From contig NC_058368.1 of the NCBI RefSeq assembly GCF_018350175.1, positions 217,994,001 through 218,058,000 on the forward strand: a stretch of 64,000 bases of DNA. The letters run 5' to 3'. The position numbers were made by a program, and so were the translations under genes. Each line of letters opens with the position of its first letter. Position 1 is the stretch's first letter. This DNA is from Felis catus (Eukaryota). Shown here in pieces: positions 62,282 through 64,000 of the stretch. The notes beneath the pieces are model-generated. The model saw only the letters and a program-made list of their open reading frames with translations. It made no database searches and was not told the origin of the DNA.

Positions 62282-63180
62282 GAAAACACCGTAACTCTCA
62301 AAATCAGGGGGGTTTGTACGAAAGGATGCAAAGAGTTCATCTTACTCCTTAATGTCCCTCTAGAGAACAGGTTTATTTGAACATCTTTTATAGCAATTAA
62401 GTAAATTCTCTCATAATAAGGTCATATTACATGACAAAGAAATCTCAGAATGTGGATTTTTATTCTAATTCTCCTAAGATTCTTATATAACAAAACTGGA
62501 AGCTTAACTTCCACAGGAACATATTCATGTAAGACCCAGTCAGTAGAGTGTCATGTATGGGTCAACTATATCTCCCTTTTGAATAAGATTCATTTGGTAA
62601 AACCCAACAGTCAGACTGTGTTTTAAAAGTTATACATATCTCAATGAGATAAAACTACATTATTATCTGTTTCTTTTAACTCAACAACTTTTAGCTAATT
62701 CTCCTCCAATGTCACAGTTATAAGAGAAGTTAATTAGACAAAACAAAGACTCATCAAAGTATAATCCCTGGAAGACAGCTTTTTACATGGACAGGAACAG
62801 GTGAGTACACGGCTCTGACTCTGAGTTTCAGCATCATATTGAGGTTCTTTTGCTTTGATTGATGAAACTGTCACCAACGAAATACCTTACTCACCAACGA
62901 AATACCTTACAGACATATGTTGACCCAGAATATGTAAATTTAAAAAAAGACAAGAAACTTTAGGAAGAGAACAGACTTTCCTAAATACTCTCTCTCTATA
63001 TATATATAAATCTTTTATTTGTATATTATATATATAATTATTATATTATAATATATACATATATAATGGGAAAAGTAACTACTCTGAATTGTTCAAAATT
63101 TCCATCCTACATAACTAGTTTGCTTCTTGGTCATAAAAGCACTGCACCATTCAACATACTTTTAGGTAAAAGAGAGTGAG

Positions 63181-63541
63181 GAGGGTATTATGCTAAGTGA
63201 AATAAGTCAGTCAGAGAAAGACAGATATCCTATGTTTTCACTCATATGAAGAATTTAGAAACTTAACAGAAGACCATGAGGGAGGGGAAGGGGAAAAATA
63301 GTTTCAAACAGACAGTGAGGCAAACCACAAGAGACTCTTAAACACAGAGAACAAACTGAGGATAGATGGGGGGTGGAGGGGAAGGGGGAAATGGGTGATG
63401 GGCACTGAGGAGGGCACTTGTTGGGATGAGCATAGGGTGATGTATGTAAGCAATTAATCATGGAAATCTACCCCCGAAGCCAAGAGCAAACTGTATATAC
63501 TGTATATTAGCTAACTTGACAATAATTTATATTAAAAAAAA
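63181..63541 (+). mobile_element. 5'-truncated felid L1 3'UTR
   Basis: GAGGGTATTATGCTAAGTGAAATAAGTCAGTCAGAGAAAGACAGATA...TTGGGATGAGCA...CTAACTTGACAATAA followed by an A tail. Confidence 0.93.
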
Positions 63542-64000
63542 TCCAAACCTAGCATTCTCAATTCAAACAGGCATTAACACTTTGGAGGGATACTGTACAA
63601 ATTTCGTATTTTTTAGGTGTATGCCATACTGTTTAATAATGATTTCATCTTAATATTCTTTCTAGAGCCTCGATTTCTTTTTAGCCAAACCAAGAAAGCA
63701 AATAAATATTTAAAAAATACATATTGTTAGGCTGCCCATATAGTTTCATCCACCTAACAAGGTTACGGATTCAAAGGCAATGAGGTTTGGGTCTATAGTC
63801 TCAACAACACAAGTTCTCAGGCAGAAAAGTTTTAGAATAACCACTAATGGATAAAGAATTTTTTTAATATATTCAGCTTATATTATCAACTTTCTCCACC
63901 TATTTATATCACACTTAAATACATAAATAAGATACAGTGAGCCTGACCAGGTGTTTAAGTAGAAGTGGTGAAATATTTTATAACCATTAAGATACATGAA

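Overview
AT-rich, CpG-poor mammalian genomic DNA, almost certainly from a cat (Felidae): it carries many tRNA-derived Can-SINEs, including near-consensus copies of the felid type (GGGGCGCCTGGGTGGCGCAGTCGGTTAAGCGTCCGACTTCAGCCAGGTCACG...). By eye more than half of the window is decayed transposable element: carnivore L1s, old L1M and L2/MIR, ERVL proviral remnants (including a near-complete MLT2-flanked provirus at about 17.7-24.4 kb), MaLR LTRs, a solo LTR with a 6-bp target duplication, and Tigger and hAT DNA transposons. I cannot identify any intact protein-coding gene. The ORF track is almost entirely broken L1/ERV/SINE reading frames or chance. One possible terminal coding exon lies on the minus strand at 10487-10634. 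I found no convincing new biological system. The most informative observations are retrotransposition and rearrangement oddities: a sense-antisense-sense L1, a triplicated target site, a SINE with a probable Pol III read-through extension, and a likely ancient inversion splitting an LTR16. Repeat family names come from my memory of consensus sequences and need RepeatMasker/Dfam confirmation. Boundaries of old elements are approximate.
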